64,000 bases of DNA. It comes from an uncultured Planctomycetota bacterium. Lineage in GTDB: Bacteria; Planctomycetota; Planctomycetia; Isosphaerales; Isosphaeraceae. The position numbers and the translations under genes are program-made. Below, in pieces: positions 10,849 to 21,273 of this stretch (the first letter of the stretch is position 1; the number at the start of each line of letters is the position of its first letter). The notes below the pieces were generated by a model, which saw only the letters and a program-made list of their open reading frames with translations, ran no database searches and was not told where the DNA came from. Location of the stretch: positions 6,816,001 through 6,880,000 of the forward strand of contig CAVTTN010000002.1 of the NCBI GenBank assembly GCA_963737655.1. Reading direction: 5' to 3'.

Positions 10849-11514
10849 TCAGGGGAGCAGGTCGGCCACTCGGACCCGGCCGACCTCTCGGCCGTCCAGG
10901 ACCACCGGCGCCTCGGCGTCGGCCTCGAAGAACGCGACCGACGTATAGACGCCCGCCGCCGGCGCGGAGTAGACCTCCAATCGCCGAGCCTGGATGTTGA
11001 GGAGCCAGTAGACCGGGATTTCTTCGACGGCGTAGGTCGCCGCCAGGGCCCGATCCTTGGAGAGCGTCGAGTCGGTGACCTCGACAACCAGCGGGACGTC
11101 GGCGGTCGTCGGCATCTTCGGGTTGTAGTCCCGGCAGCGCCCTCGGACGATTTTGACGTCGGGCTGGGGGACGCTGTCCGCCTTGCGAAAGGCGATGGGC
11201 ATCTCGGTCTCGGCGTCGAAGCCCTCGAGCCGAAGACCCTGGAATGCGTCGTAAATCGCCTTCACGCCCAGGCCGTGAGGTCGTTCGATGGTCATCCTCT
11301 GGCAGAGCCTCCCCTCCCACAGGTAGGCATGGCGGAACCCCTCGAATTCGTTGAAGAGGCCGGACTCGGTCAGCTTCTCATAGGCCGCCAAAGGGATCGG
11401 CCAGGGGATGTGGTCGGGAAGGGAGACGGCCGGCGCCGGGGGAGGCGTCGGGAGGGGAGGGGCGAGGCCCTCCGAGGGGGACGCCTCGGTCGCGGGCAGG
11501 GTCGCGGTGCTCAT
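10849..11514 (-). CDS. Uma2-family endonuclease
   Basis: LWEGRL, PQPDV, LVVEVTDSTLSKDR, YA...IPVYWLLN. Confidence 0.9.
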   Translation of the reverse strand: MSTATLPATEASPSEGLAPPLPTPPPAPAVSLPDHIPWPIPLAAYEKLTESGLFNEFEGFRHAYLWEGRLCQRMTIERPHGLGVKAIYDAFQGLRLEGFDAETEMPIAFRKADSVPQPDVKIVRGRCRDYNPKMPTTADVPLVVEVTDSTLSKDRALAATYAVEEIPVYWLLNIQARRLEVYSAPAAGVYTSVAFFEADAEAPVVLDGREVGRVRVADLLP

Positions 11515-11548
11515 GGCCGAGGGCCCTCGGAGGGTTCTCTGGAGGAAA

Positions 11549-13324
11549 TCAGCTCTTGATGATCTCCTTGACCGTCCCGCCGGCCGGGATCATCGGCAAC
11601 ACGTGCTCCTGATAGGGCACGAGGACGTCCAGGACGTACGGGCCGGGGTGCGCGATCATCTCCTTCAGGGCCGGCACCACGTCTTCCTTCTTGCGGACCT
11701 GCCGGGCCGCGATGCCGAACCCCTTGGAGATGGCCACGAAGTCGGGGTAGGTGACTTCGGGGAGGTCGCCCTCGCCGTGGCCGGTGTATTCGGGGTGCTC
11801 GATCGGCCCGAGGTAGGTGTGGCCGCGGTTGCCTCCGTGGAACCGGTCTTCCCACTGGACGACCATCCCGAGGTGCTGGTTGTTCAGGACGATGGTCTTG
11901 ACCGGCAGGCCCTCGCAGGCGACCGTGGCGAGCTCCTGGATGTTCATCACGAACGAGCCGTCGCCGTCGATGTTGACCACGAGGGCCTCGGGGAACGCCG
12001 CCTGGACGCCCATCGCCGAGGGGAGGCCGAACCCCATCGACCCCAGCCCGCCGGAGGTCACCCACGTCCTCGGCCGGACGAACTTCGTCCACTGCGCCGC
12101 GAACATCTGGTGCTGGCCGACCCCGGTGGTCATCAGGAAGTCGCCGCCGGTGATCTGCGAGAACATGTCCACGACATACTGGGGCAAGATCGCGTCGTCG
12201 CGCTGGTCATACGCCATCGGGTCGGCCGCCCGCCAGGCGTCCACCTGCTTGTGCCAGTCCCGGTAGTCGCCCGGCTCGACCCGGGGGTTCACGGCGACGA
12301 GGAACGTCTTCACGTCGGTGTGGATCGGGACGTGGGCGGCCTTGTTCTTGTTGATCTCCGACGCATCGATGTCCACGTGGACGATCCGGCCGTGCTTGGC
12401 GAACTCGGTGAGCTTGCCCGTCACCCGGTCGTCGAACCGGACGCCCAGCGCCAGGAGCAGATCGGCCTCGTTGATCGCCACGTTCGAATAGACCGTCCCG
12501 TGCATCCCGAGCATCCCGAGCGAGAGGTAATGGTCGCTGGGGATCGCGCCGAGGCCCTGCAAGGTCATGGCCACGGGGATCTTGGTCCTCTGGACGAATT
12601 CCAGGAGCTCGGCCGAGGCGTCGGAGGCGATCACGCCCCCTCCGCAATAGATGATCGGCCGCTTCGCCGTCTTGATCGCCGCCAGGGCGGCCTCGATCGA
12701 CTCGGCGGACGGGGGATCGGGCAGGCGGTAGCCGGGGAGGTCCATCGCCACGTCGTAATCGGGGTTCGGGATCAGCGTGTTCTGGATGTCCTTGGGCATG
12801 TCGATCAGGACCGGGCCGGGCCGCCCGGTGGAGGCGACGTGGAACGCCTCCTTGACGACCCGGGCGATGTCCCGCGCGTTCTGGACGAGGTAATGATGCT
12901 TGGTGATCGCCCGGCAGACCTCGACCATCGGGGTCTCCTGGAAGGCGTCGGTGCCGATGACCTTCGTCGGCACCTGGCCGGTGATGGCGACGATCGGGAG
13001 GCTGTCCATCTTCGCGTCGGCCAGGCCGGTCACCAGGTTCAGGGCGCCGGGGCCGCTGGTGGCCATCACGACGCCCGGCTTGCCGGTCACGCGGGCGTAC
13101 CCCTCGGCCGCGAAGATGCCGCCCTGCTCGTGGCGGGGGAGGATGGTGCGGACCTTGTCGCGATAGCGGGTCAGGGCCTGGTGCATCGGCATGCTCGCCC
13201 CGCCGGGGTAGGCGAACAGGACCTCGACGCCGTGCCGGACCAGGGACTCGACCAGGACGTCGGCCCCGGTGGTCGGCAGGCGCTGGGTCGTCGGCTCGGG
13301 GCGGGCGGTGTCGATGGTGGCCAC
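11549..13324 (-). CDS. ilvB: Acetolactate synthase large subunit
   Basis: [44 protein letters not shown] motif DGDGSF...NN; GTG start after GAGG. Confidence 0.96.
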   Translation of the reverse strand: MATIDTARPEPTTQRLPTTGADVLVESLVRHGVEVLFAYPGGASMPMHQALTRYRDKVRTILPRHEQGGIFAAEGYARVTGKPGVVMATSGPGALNLVTGLADAKMDSLPIVAITGQVPTKVIGTDAFQETPMVEVCRAITKHHYLVQNARDIARVVKEAFHVASTGRPGPVLIDMPKDIQNTLIPNPDYDVAMDLPGYRLPDPPSAESIEAALAAIKTAKRPIIYCGGGVIASDASAELLEFVQRTKIPVAMTLQGLGAIPSDHYLSLGMLGMHGTVYSNVAINEADLLLALGVRFDDRVTGKLTEFAKHGRIVHVDIDASEINKNKAAHVPIHTDVKTFLVAVNPRVEPGDYRDWHKQVDAWRAADPMAYDQRDDAILPQYVVDMFSQITGGDFLMTTGVGQHQMFAAQWTKFVRPRTWVTSGGLGSMGFGLPSAMGVQAAFPEALVVNIDGDGSFVMNIQELATVACEGLPVKTIVLNNQHLGMVVQWEDRFHGGNRGHTYLGPIEHPEYTGHGEGDLPEVTYPDFVAISKGFGIAARQVRKKEDVVPALKEMIAHPGPYVLDVLVPYQEHVLPMIPAGGTVKEIIKS

Positions 13325-13481
13325 GGCGGGAACCTCGGAAATCGGGCAAGGAAGGCGGCCCGGATCGTCCGGGGCCGCGCGAGAGAGTCCTCTATTGTAA
13401 CGTCGGCCCTCGGCGACGGACAATCATAACCATCGATCGGTTCGCGGTTTCCCAGGCCCCGAGTCCCGAGGCATCCCGCCC

Positions 13482-14276
13482 ATGACCTTCCCCCTGGCCC
13501 TCGCCGCCTTCCTGGCCGTCGCCCCCCTCGCCGAGTCCCGATTCTTCGTCATGGACACGGCCTTCGGCGACCTGCCCTGGGCCGAGATCAAGGCGACCGG
13601 GTTCGAGGGCGTGAGCCTGGACATCAACCGCGGCTTGCCCTTGAAGGAACTGGACGCCGCCGGCCTCCGGCTCGACGCCATCTACGCCGGGATCGACATC
13701 GACACCGGCGCCGGCTCCGAGGCGGTCGCCAGGGCGATGGACGCCCTGAAGGGCCGGCCGACGATCGTCTGGGTCACGCTCTCCGGCGCAAAGCTCAAGC
13801 CCTCCGACCCTTCGGGCGACGAGGCCGCACTGGCCCGGCTCCGCCCCCTGGCCGAGAAGGCCCGCGAAGCCGGCCTGAAGCTGGCGATCTATCCCCACGT
13901 CGGCTTCTGGGCCGAACGCGTGGAGGACGCGGTTCGGGTCGCCGACAGGCTCGACCGCCCCGAGGTCGGCGTGACGTTCAACCTCTGCCACTTCCTCAAG
14001 AAGGATAAGCCCGAGAACCTGGAGACCAGGCTCAAGGCCGCCCTGCCTCGTCTGTTCGTCGTCACGATCAACGGCGCCGATACCGACGGCACGGACTGGG
14101 ACCGGCTGATCCAACCCCTGGACCGCGGCTCGTTCGACGTCCGCCGGGTGTTGAGGGTTCTCCAGGAAGGCCATTTCGCCGGGCCGATCGGCGTGCAGGG
14201 CTTCGGCGTCCCGGGCGACAAGAAGACGAATCTGGAACGCTCCATGCGAGCATGGAACAAGCTGTCGAGTGAATGA
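13482..14276 (+). CDS. Sugar-phosphate isomerase/epimerase TIM-barrel protein with signal peptide
   Basis: AIYPH, VGVTFNLCH, INGAD, PLDRGSFDV; hydrophobic N-terminus. Confidence 0.8.
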   Translation: MTFPLALAAFLAVAPLAESRFFVMDTAFGDLPWAEIKATGFEGVSLDINRGLPLKELDAAGLRLDAIYAGIDIDTGAGSEAVARAMDALKGRPTIVWVTLSGAKLKPSDPSGDEAALARLRPLAEKAREAGLKLAIYPHVGFWAERVEDAVRVADRLDRPEVGVTFNLCHFLKKDKPENLETRLKAALPRLFVVTINGADTDGTDWDRLIQPLDRGSFDVRRVLRVLQEGHFAGPIGVQGFGVPGDKKTNLERSMRAWNKLSSE

Positions 14277-14284
14277 ATGTCTCC

Positions 14285-14473
14285 GTATGGTGCATGCGAT
14301 GTACCGTTATGTAGGGTGCATGAAATGCACCAACCACGAGGCGGCCAACGGCCGCCTTCCTCCAGGTCGAATCTCGGTCCTCCGGGTCGAATCGCGGACG
14401 GATCGGAGATGGGAGGCCGCCTGGCTGGTGCATTTCATGCACCCTACATGAGGGTGCATTTCATGCACCCTAC
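14285..14473. repeat. REP family A cluster (GTAGGGTGCATGNAATGCACC), 2 forward + 2 inverted copies
   Basis: Copies at 14285 (degenerate), 14311, and inverted at 14427 and 14453; 26-bp period. Confidence 0.9.
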
Positions 14474-15054
14474 GTGAGCGAATCGGCGGGGATCGGTTCC
14501 TTGACGAGCGGGCCGTTCGCGGTGGGGAGCGAGGATGGCGAGGCGTCCAGGCTTGCCCAGATCCCCACTCCGATCAACGAGGCGCCCAGGGTGAAGACCA
14601 GGGCCGTCATCACCATCGGCCCGACCGATCCGCCCTGGAACGACTCGGCCGGCAGGTTGAAATTGATGTTCATGCCGTTCTGGGCCGACCTCTTCAGCGC
14701 GTCGAGCATCTCCAGCCCTGGTGACCTGGCGGTCCAGGCCAGCAGGAGCGACCCGAGGGAGCAGAGCGTCCCGCAGACGATCATCGCCATGGCGATCGGC
14801 GGGGCCGGCTTCGTCTTCGACCGATTCAGGGCGGCGATCAGCCCGCCCACGCCCCTCTGCACCGGGCCGATCACGGCGATCGTCAGGAAGAACAGGATCG
14901 TCCCGCAGGTCACCATCTGCGGGCTCGGGCTCTCGTCGTTGAAACGCATCTGGGTCGGGTATCCCGCGGCCGAGGTCATCGGCTTCGCCCCCAGGAACCC
15001 GACGGCCGCACCCAGGGCCAGGCTCAGGAACGCTTTCTGAAGGAATCTGAACAT
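14470..15054 (-). CDS. Hypothetical membrane protein
   Basis: Four hydrophobic segments; stop TAG lies inside the REP. Confidence 0.7.
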   Translation of the reverse strand: MFRFLQKAFLSLALGAAVGFLGAKPMTSAAGYPTQMRFNDESPSPQMVTCGTILFFLTIAVIGPVQRGVGGLIAALNRSKTKPAPPIAMAMIVCGTLCSLGSLLLAWTARSPGLEMLDALKRSAQNGMNINFNLPAESFQGGSVGPMVMTALVFTLGASLIGVGIWASLDASPSSLPTANGPLVKEPIPADSLT

Positions 15055-15290
15055 GATCGCAACCTTTCGCCTCGGCGGACGGTCCAGGCCCCTGACGTCC
15101 CGACCCTCCGGGACTCGACCGGGCATTCGCCGCCGGGGCCCGAGTATTCTCCCCGAATCGTCGCCATCGATGAAGAAAAAATCCCGGGTTCTTGGTCCGG
15201 AGTGGGTGGTCGCCGGTCGGTTTCTGATAGGATCGCGACCCCGGCCCGATCGATTCGCCAAGAACCTCGAAATCGCGGGATGAACGCCCG

Positions 15291-16109
15291 ATGCCGGCCT
15301 TCCAGGGAAAGACCGCCCTCGTGACCGGCGCCTCGGCCGGGATCGGCCGGGAGATCGTCCGCCAGCTCGTCCGGGACCGGGGGATGACCGTCCTGGCGAC
15401 GGCCCGGCGGCTCGATCGTCTGGAATCGCTGGCCTCCGAGCTCCCTCCGGGCCGCGTCCTCGTCCTGGCCGGCGACCTGGCCGACCCGGCGTTTCGGGCG
15501 AGGCTCTGGGAGACGGCCGAATCGACCTTCCTCGGCGGCCCCGACCTCCTCATTAACAACGCCGGACTCGGGGCTTACGGCGATTTCGAGAATCAAGATC
15601 CCGAGCGGTGGCGGGCGATCGTCGAGGTCAACCTGATGGCCCTGATGGACCTCTCGGCGCGGGCCATCCGGTCGATGAAGGCCCGAGGGTCCGGCCAGAT
15701 CCTCCAGATCTCCTCGATCCTCGGGTTCGTGGGGATTCCCTACTCGGCCGCCTATGTGGCGACGAAGCACGCGGTCAACGGGCTGGTCAAGTCGCTCCGC
15801 TACGAGCTCCGGGGGACCGGCGTGAGGGTCTGGGCGGCCTGCCCGGGTCGGACCGAGAGCGAGTTCGCCAGCGTGGCGGTCGGCGAACCGGGCCGGCCGG
15901 GCCGCGGTCCCCGGGGAGAATCGACCGAACGGATCGCGCGGAACATCGTCCGGGGCCTGGACTTCCGATCCGGGTTCCTGATGCCAAGCGGGACGGCCCG
16001 GACGTTCGTGACGCTCGCCCACTGGCTGCCCGGCCCGTTCGAGATGTTCATGCAACGCTGGGCGCCGGGCTACTTTCGACGGGAGATCGAGCGGACCCGC
16101 CTGGGTTGA
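15291..16109 (+). CDS. Short-chain dehydrogenase/reductase
   Basis: TGASAGIG, NNAG, SS...YVATK. Confidence 0.95.
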   Translation: MPAFQGKTALVTGASAGIGREIVRQLVRDRGMTVLATARRLDRLESLASELPPGRVLVLAGDLADPAFRARLWETAESTFLGGPDLLINNAGLGAYGDFENQDPERWRAIVEVNLMALMDLSARAIRSMKARGSGQILQISSILGFVGIPYSAAYVATKHAVNGLVKSLRYELRGTGVRVWAACPGRTESEFASVAVGEPGRPGRGPRGESTERIARNIVRGLDFRSGFLMPSGTARTFVTLAHWLPGPFEMFMQRWAPGYFRREIERTRLG

Positions 16110-16141
16110 CCCTCCCGCGGGATCGGGCCGGGGCCGTCCCG

Positions 16142-16435
16142 TTACATGGGGACTTTTTCGGACCGGACGAAGTGGTTCCCCTTCCCCCTGGCCTTCAGCG
16201 AGGCGGCGAAGGCCTCGGCCTCGGCCTTCTCGGGATAGTCGAAGGTGCGGATGGTCCGACCCCCCAGGTCGCAGACCGACCAGACGACCTTCATCCGGGT
16301 TGCGGCCTCGGGCTTGGCCCGGCGTTCAGTCGATTCGGCCCGGGGCTTCCGCTCGGGAGGGGTGTTGAGGCCCAGGGCCTCGGCGGCCTCGACCTGGGCC
16401 CGGAGCTCTCGGAGGTTCAGGGTTCGTCGTGCCAT
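16142..16435 (-). CDS. Small hypothetical protein
   Basis: 97 aa MARRTLNLRELRAQ...KVVWSVCD...FDY; typical codon usage. Confidence 0.7.
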   Translation of the reverse strand: MARRTLNLRELRAQVEAAEALGLNTPPERKPRAESTERRAKPEAATRMKVVWSVCDLGGRTIRTFDYPEKAEAEAFAASLKARGKGNHFVRSEKVPM

Positions 16436-16612
16436 CAGGGGAAAGGTCCGAAGGCGCCGTAACGGGAGGGGGCCGACACTCACGGGCATTCTACGGCCTC
16501 AACCGGGACGTTCAAGCGAGATCGGCGGGGAGGAAGATGGCGACGGATCGACGTTCGCCGCAAAAATCGATCCGACCCTGCGCTGGAGAAGACCCGGATC
16601 GAAGAGGTGGAT

Positions 16613-16686
16613 CGAGTAGGTCCGACTTCAGTCGGGCCTACAAAGATGCGGAGCTTTGCAGGCCCGACTGAAGTCGGACCTACTCG
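16613..16686. repeat. REP family B doublet (GTAGGTCCGACTTCAGTCGG)
   Basis: GTAGGTCCGACTTCAGTCGGGCCTAC ... GCAGGCCCGACTGAAGTCGGACCTAC inverted pair. Confidence 0.85.
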
Positions 16687-16740
16687 TTTCCTCATTCTCA
16701 ATGGGTTTTCTACAGGTCCATCCGACCCCATTCGTCCGCC

Positions 16741-17703
16741 TCACGCCGGCAGTCGGTAGAGCGTGGAGGAATCGACGACCTCGAAACCCAGGCTGGCGTA
16801 AAGCCCGAGGGCGGCGGCGTTTTCGGCCGAGGTCTGGGCGGCGAGGATGTCCGTGTTCTGTTCCCGGACGTGCCGGAGGATCTCGCCGACGAGGTGCCGG
16901 CCGAACCCCTTGCGCCTCAGGGACGGCTCGACCTCCAGCGCCACCAGGGCGGTCCGGGACCGGCCGTCGAGCACGGCGAACCCCCCGGCGATGTCCCAGG
17001 TCCAGGCGCGGGCCACGACCTGATTGAGCGATTTCTCGACCAGCTCGAACCGCGAGGGGCGGAACAGGCCCAGCGCCAGGGCGTCCCACCAGCCGGGCAT
17101 CTTCGCGTCCTCGGCCACGACCAGGCGGACCTGGCGGCGGAGCAGGGGGGTCTTGGGGTCTCGCGGCTCGGCCCGGGAGAGGTCCGCCTCGAACAGGGTC
17201 GTCCGGGCCACCGGCTCGAACCCCGCCCCGGCCGCCGCCCGGGCGAAGCTGGCGTGCGAGTCGAGCACGCCGGCAAACTCGCTCCCGCCGTAAATCCCCC
17301 AGTAAAATGGGTTTAGCGGCCACTGACCGCCCGCGTAGACGACCTGGGCCCCTTTCGATCGCAGGTACGCGAGGGCGGTGGCCATCAGCCCGGCCTCGAG
17401 GTCCGGGTCGTCCCGGCCGGGTTCGACGACCAGCATGGCCACGGTCCCCATCGTCAGGTCGAGCCGGAGCGACGGACCGGCCGGCTCCTCGGGGCCGAAC
17501 CCGGCGTGGGCGAAGCCGACGACCTGACCGGCCTCCTCGCCCACGATCAGCCCTTGCCGGTCAAACCCCAGCTTGCCCATCACGAGGGTGTCGAACTCGT
17601 GGGGCGACAACGGCCGGACGACGCTCCGGGTCGGGAGCCCCCGGTTCCAGAGGTCCGCCAGGAACGGCGGGTCGTCGTTGCGAAAGGCGCGGAAGGTCGT
17701 CAC
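16741..17703 (-). CDS. Tandem GNAT-family N-acetyltransferase
   Basis: VEPSLRRKGFG acetyl-CoA motif, N..ALGLY..LGF; VVGFAH in N-domain. Confidence 0.85.
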   Translation of the reverse strand: MTTFRAFRNDDPPFLADLWNRGLPTRSVVRPLSPHEFDTLVMGKLGFDRQGLIVGEEAGQVVGFAHAGFGPEEPAGPSLRLDLTMGTVAMLVVEPGRDDPDLEAGLMATALAYLRSKGAQVVYAGGQWPLNPFYWGIYGGSEFAGVLDSHASFARAAAGAGFEPVARTTLFEADLSRAEPRDPKTPLLRRQVRLVVAEDAKMPGWWDALALGLFRPSRFELVEKSLNQVVARAWTWDIAGGFAVLDGRSRTALVALEVEPSLRRKGFGRHLVGEILRHVREQNTDILAAQTSAENAAALGLYASLGFEVVDSSTLYRLPA

Positions 17704-17823
17704 CGGAGGGGCTGCTTCGCTCCAGAGGAACCGAGACGCCCCAGGGGGGGATGGCGACCCGGGGAGGTGGAACGGAACGGGACAGGACAAAATAGGATGT
17801 TCGGGCGAAGGGGAGAGCGGGAA

Positions 17824-18138
17824 TCAGGGGACGGCCACCAGGACGTCCCGGCCTTCGATCTTCACCTCGTAGACCGGTTGCTGGATCTTCCGATGGATCG
17901 GCGAGGCGCCCGAGACGATGTCGAAGGACCATCCATGCCAGGGGCAGGTCACGCACGTCCCATCCAGAGGGCCGTCGGCCAGGGGGCCCCCCTGATGGGG
18001 GCAAATCCCGTCGATCGCCCGGACCGTCTCGGACCCATCCAGACGAAACAACGCATAAATGCGGCCGTCGTGCTCGACCTCCTTCGCCCGGCCCGGCGGG
18101 ATCTCGTCCAGGGTGGCGAGCTTGACGAAACCCGGCAT
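17824..18138 (-). CDS. Rieske [2Fe-2S] ferredoxin
   Basis: CPHQGGPL and CPWHGWSF. Confidence 0.95.
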   Translation of the reverse strand: MPGFVKLATLDEIPPGRAKEVEHDGRIYALFRLDGSETVRAIDGICPHQGGPLADGPLDGTCVTCPWHGWSFDIVSGASPIHRKIQQPVYEVKIEGRDVLVAVP

Positions 18139-18347
18139 CCCCACGATCCCCCTCCAGATCAAGAACTAGCAGCTTCGATCATAACCGCGCGAACCGGCGC
18201 CGACCAGACCGTGCCGATCCGCCGCCCTTTTCGGGAATCATCCGATCCCAGGCCCTCCGGCGATCGCCGATTCCACCATCGATCGCCCCGACCGCCTACA
18301 CTGACCCGGAGGACGGGCAGCGGACCGGCGGCGAGGGTCGTGAGCTC

Positions 18348-19918
18348 ATGGCGGACGAGGGTGTTTTCGACCTGATCGTCGTCGGGGGAGGGATCGGCGG
18401 CCTGGCCTCCGCCGCCCTGGCTCAGCGAGCCGGACTCCGGTGCGCCTTGCTCGAAGCCCATACCAAATTAGGGGGTTGCGCCGGATACTTCGGCCGGGGA
18501 CCGTACCATTTCGACGCCGGGGCCACCGCCCTGATGGGCCTCGGGGCCGGCGAACCTCTGGGCGACCTGCTCGCCGCGATCGGCGCCGATTTCCAGGCCA
18601 TCCCAAGCCCCGGCTATCGCGTCAGCCTCCCAGACCGCGAACTCACCATCGTCCCCGACGACCTCGACTTCGAATCGGCCTCGGCTTCGGCCTTTCCGGG
18701 ACAAATACGGTCAAAAAATGCGTTCTGGAGGCTCCAGGCCGCCGTCGGCCGGACCCTTTTCGAGGTTGCGACCAGGGTTCCGAGGCTCCCGATCCGCTCC
18801 CCGGGGGACCTCGTCTATGATTTGCAAATCCTCGGCCTGTCGGGACTTCTGGCGGCGTCGTCCTGGCGCTCACGGTCCGCGACGTCCTGCGAATGCTGGG
18901 AATCTTCGGCGACGTTCCGTTTCGATCGCTTGTGGCGATGCTCTTGCAGGACACGGCCCAGGGCGGTCCCGAGACGGTCCCGTTCGCCAACGCATCGGCA
19001 TGCCTCCAGGCATACCGAGCCGGGATGAGCCGGCCGGTTGGAGGGATGCAGGCGCTGGCCGAGGGGATCGGCTCGCGGTTCTCGGCGATGGGCGGAGACT
19101 TGCGGGTCGCCTCGAAGGTCGATCGGGTCGAGGCCGTCGATTCGGAAGGGTTCGTCGTCAAAACCCGTCGCCGTCAGGAGATCAGGACGCGACAGGTCGC
19201 CTTCAACCTCCCCCTGGACCTCGCCGCCGGCCTGCTCGGACGGCCTCTGATAGGCCGGCTTGCTCGCCGGGAGAGGCAATCGCGGGCCTCGTGGAGCGCC
19301 TTCACGGGCTACCTGGCGATCCGTCGATCCGCCGTGCCCGACGACGGCCCTTTGTTTCATCAAGTCCTTCAGCATTATGAACTTCCGATCCACGACGGCA
19401 ACAACGTCCTGATCTCCCTCTCCCCGCCCGACGACCCGGGATACGGCCCCCCCGAGGTCCGCATCGCCACGATGTCCACCCACACCCGCCCGGCGGATTG
19501 GGACGGCCTCGACCGCCCTGCTTATGAGGCGAAAAAGGCCGATTATCAGGCCCGGATGGTCGCCGCACTCCGCCAGGCCCTCCCGGATGCCCCGGATTCC
19601 CTCGTTCACGCCGAATTCGCATCTCCCCGGAGTTTCGCCCGTTATACGCGGAGGTGCCTTGGGGCCGTCGGGGGGCCTCCGGTGTCTCGACGCAACAGCA
19701 ACTTCCTCGCGGTCGGCTCGGACGTGCTCGGGCCGGGCCTCTGGGTCGTCGGCGACTCGGTCTTCCCCGGCCAGGGCACGATGGCGGTCGTCCTCTCGGC
19801 CATCCGGGTCGTCGAGCGGATCACCGGCCGTCGCTGGGCCGATCTCGCCGGCAAGCCTCCCTGTTTTACCCAGACGCCCGAGGCTGCCGAGGCTGGAGTT
19901 CCGGGGAAAGTGCCGTGA
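18348..19918 (+). CDS. Phytoene-desaturase/CrtD-like FAD oxidoreductase; apparent frameshift near 18866
   Basis: GGGIGG, LEAH..GGCAGYF....FDAGAT; GGMQAL; VGDSVFPGQG; halves join if one G is added at 18865-18866. Confidence 0.85.
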
Positions 19919-19946
19919 AGTGGCCCTGTCGAAGACCCCAGGAGGC

Positions 19947-20038
19947 TCACCACGAAGCCACGAAGGAAGACACAAAGGCATCGGTGAATTCGGGTCGTCT
20001 TTGTGTCTTCCTTCGTGCTCTTCGTGGCTTCGTGGTGA
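19947..20038. repeat. Inverted repeat built from CACGAAG-type short units
   Basis: TCACCACGAAGCCACGAAGGAAGACACAAAG ... CTTTGTGTCTTCCTTCGTGCTCTTCGTGGCTTCGTGGTGA. Confidence 0.85.
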
Positions 20039-20138
20039 ATCGGGGTCGGCCCTGGAGTCGTTTTCTCCAGAGAGGGGTAAAGTAGTTCTGCGAGATCAGA
20101 TCGGTCGTTCCTCGATCCTCCTCCGAGAGTGACTCCCC

Positions 20139-20831
20139 ATGCTCGATGCCCTGGTGGTCGCCCCTCATCCCGATGACGCCGAGCTGGGCATGGGCGGGAC
20201 GATCGTCCGCCTGATGGCGGGCGGCTGGAAGGTCGGCATCCTGGACCTGACCAGCGGCGAGCCCACGCCGTTGGGTTCGCCCGCCACCCGCCGGGCCGAG
20301 ACGGCCGCCGCCACCGAGGCCCTCGGCGGCCCCTGGCGAGACAACCTGGGACTTCCTAACCGCAACCTGGAACCGACCTTGGAGCATCGCCGCGCCGTCG
20401 CCTCGGTGTTCCGCAAGGTCCGCCCCCGGCTGCTGTTCGCCCCGTTCTGGGAAGACGCCCACCCCGACCACACCGCCGCCACCCAGCTCGTCGAGGCCGC
20501 CCGATTCTGGGCCAAGCTCTCCAAGTCCGACATCCCCGGCGAGCCGTTCCACCCCTCTCGGATCCTTTATTATTTCAGCGTCCATTTGAAGATCGTCGAA
20601 CGCCCGAGCTTTCTGGTGGACATCAGCGATCAAAACGAAACCAAGATGAACTCCCTGCGGTGCTATCGTTCGCAACTGGTGGACAACGTCCCGGAAGGCA
20701 AGCCCGGGGTGATCGACTCGGTGGCGGACCGCTCGCGGTTCTGGGGCCATGTCGTCGGAGTCCGCCACGCCGAGCCGTTCGCCAGCCGGGAGCCGATCGG
20801 CCTCTCGGGCCTGGATTCGCTTCTGCTATGA
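20139..20831 (+). CDS. bshB1: PIG-L family deacetylase (bacillithiol biosynthesis BshB1-like)
   Basis: APHPDDAELGMGGT, LTSGE, DAHPDH, VDIS...K...CYRSQ, AEPF. Confidence 0.85.
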   Translation: MLDALVVAPHPDDAELGMGGTIVRLMAGGWKVGILDLTSGEPTPLGSPATRRAETAAATEALGGPWRDNLGLPNRNLEPTLEHRRAVASVFRKVRPRLLFAPFWEDAHPDHTAATQLVEAARFWAKLSKSDIPGEPFHPSRILYYFSVHLKIVERPSFLVDISDQNETKMNSLRCYRSQLVDNVPEGKPGVIDSVADRSRFWGHVVGVRHAEPFASREPIGLSGLDSLLL

Positions 20832-21112
20832 AAAACCGACCAGGATCGGGCAAAGGGATTCGCATCGGCACCGCGGTTCGCGGCGGGCCTGTGAGGAGGA
20901 GTATCGGGACGACGGGCCGAGGCGATCGCGCGAAATCCCGGGAGGGACGACGGCCCGTCCCCCGAGGCGCCCGATCGCGGAGCCGGGGTGTCCACGAATC
21001 CGGGCCGATTCGCGGCTCGCGCTCGGATTTTTTGATCTGATCGAACCCTCAGCCCGGTCATGACTTGCGATCTTGAAATCCATGATTCCAGAAATGTGGT
21101 GAAATCCGCGCG

Positions 21113-21230
21113 CACGAGTCGTTGCGCACCAGCAAACGGCCGGATTTCCGCCCTTCCGTGAATTTTGGGCGAAAAAGTGTAGTCAAGTTCTGAAGCAACA
21201 GGAAATTCGCATAATTCATTAAAATGAAAT
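21113..21230 (+). repeat. Dispersed AT-rich non-coding element, copy A
   Basis: Ungapped 118-nt match (76/118 by hand count) to reverse complement of 47776-47893; identical core GAAAAAGTGTAGTCAA at 21171-21186. Confidence 0.8.
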
Positions 21231-21273
21231 ATTCAAGGATTGTCGCCGTCGAAGACTGCAAGGGATCTCGGAA

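Noticed and set aside
21113..21222. Element copies as remnants of a short coding sequence (both can read ...PF..F..KKCSQ...RI)
   Set aside because: The best block is identical at DNA level with no synonymous changes, and no convincing start or RBS was seen; not fully excluded without RNAcode on more copies
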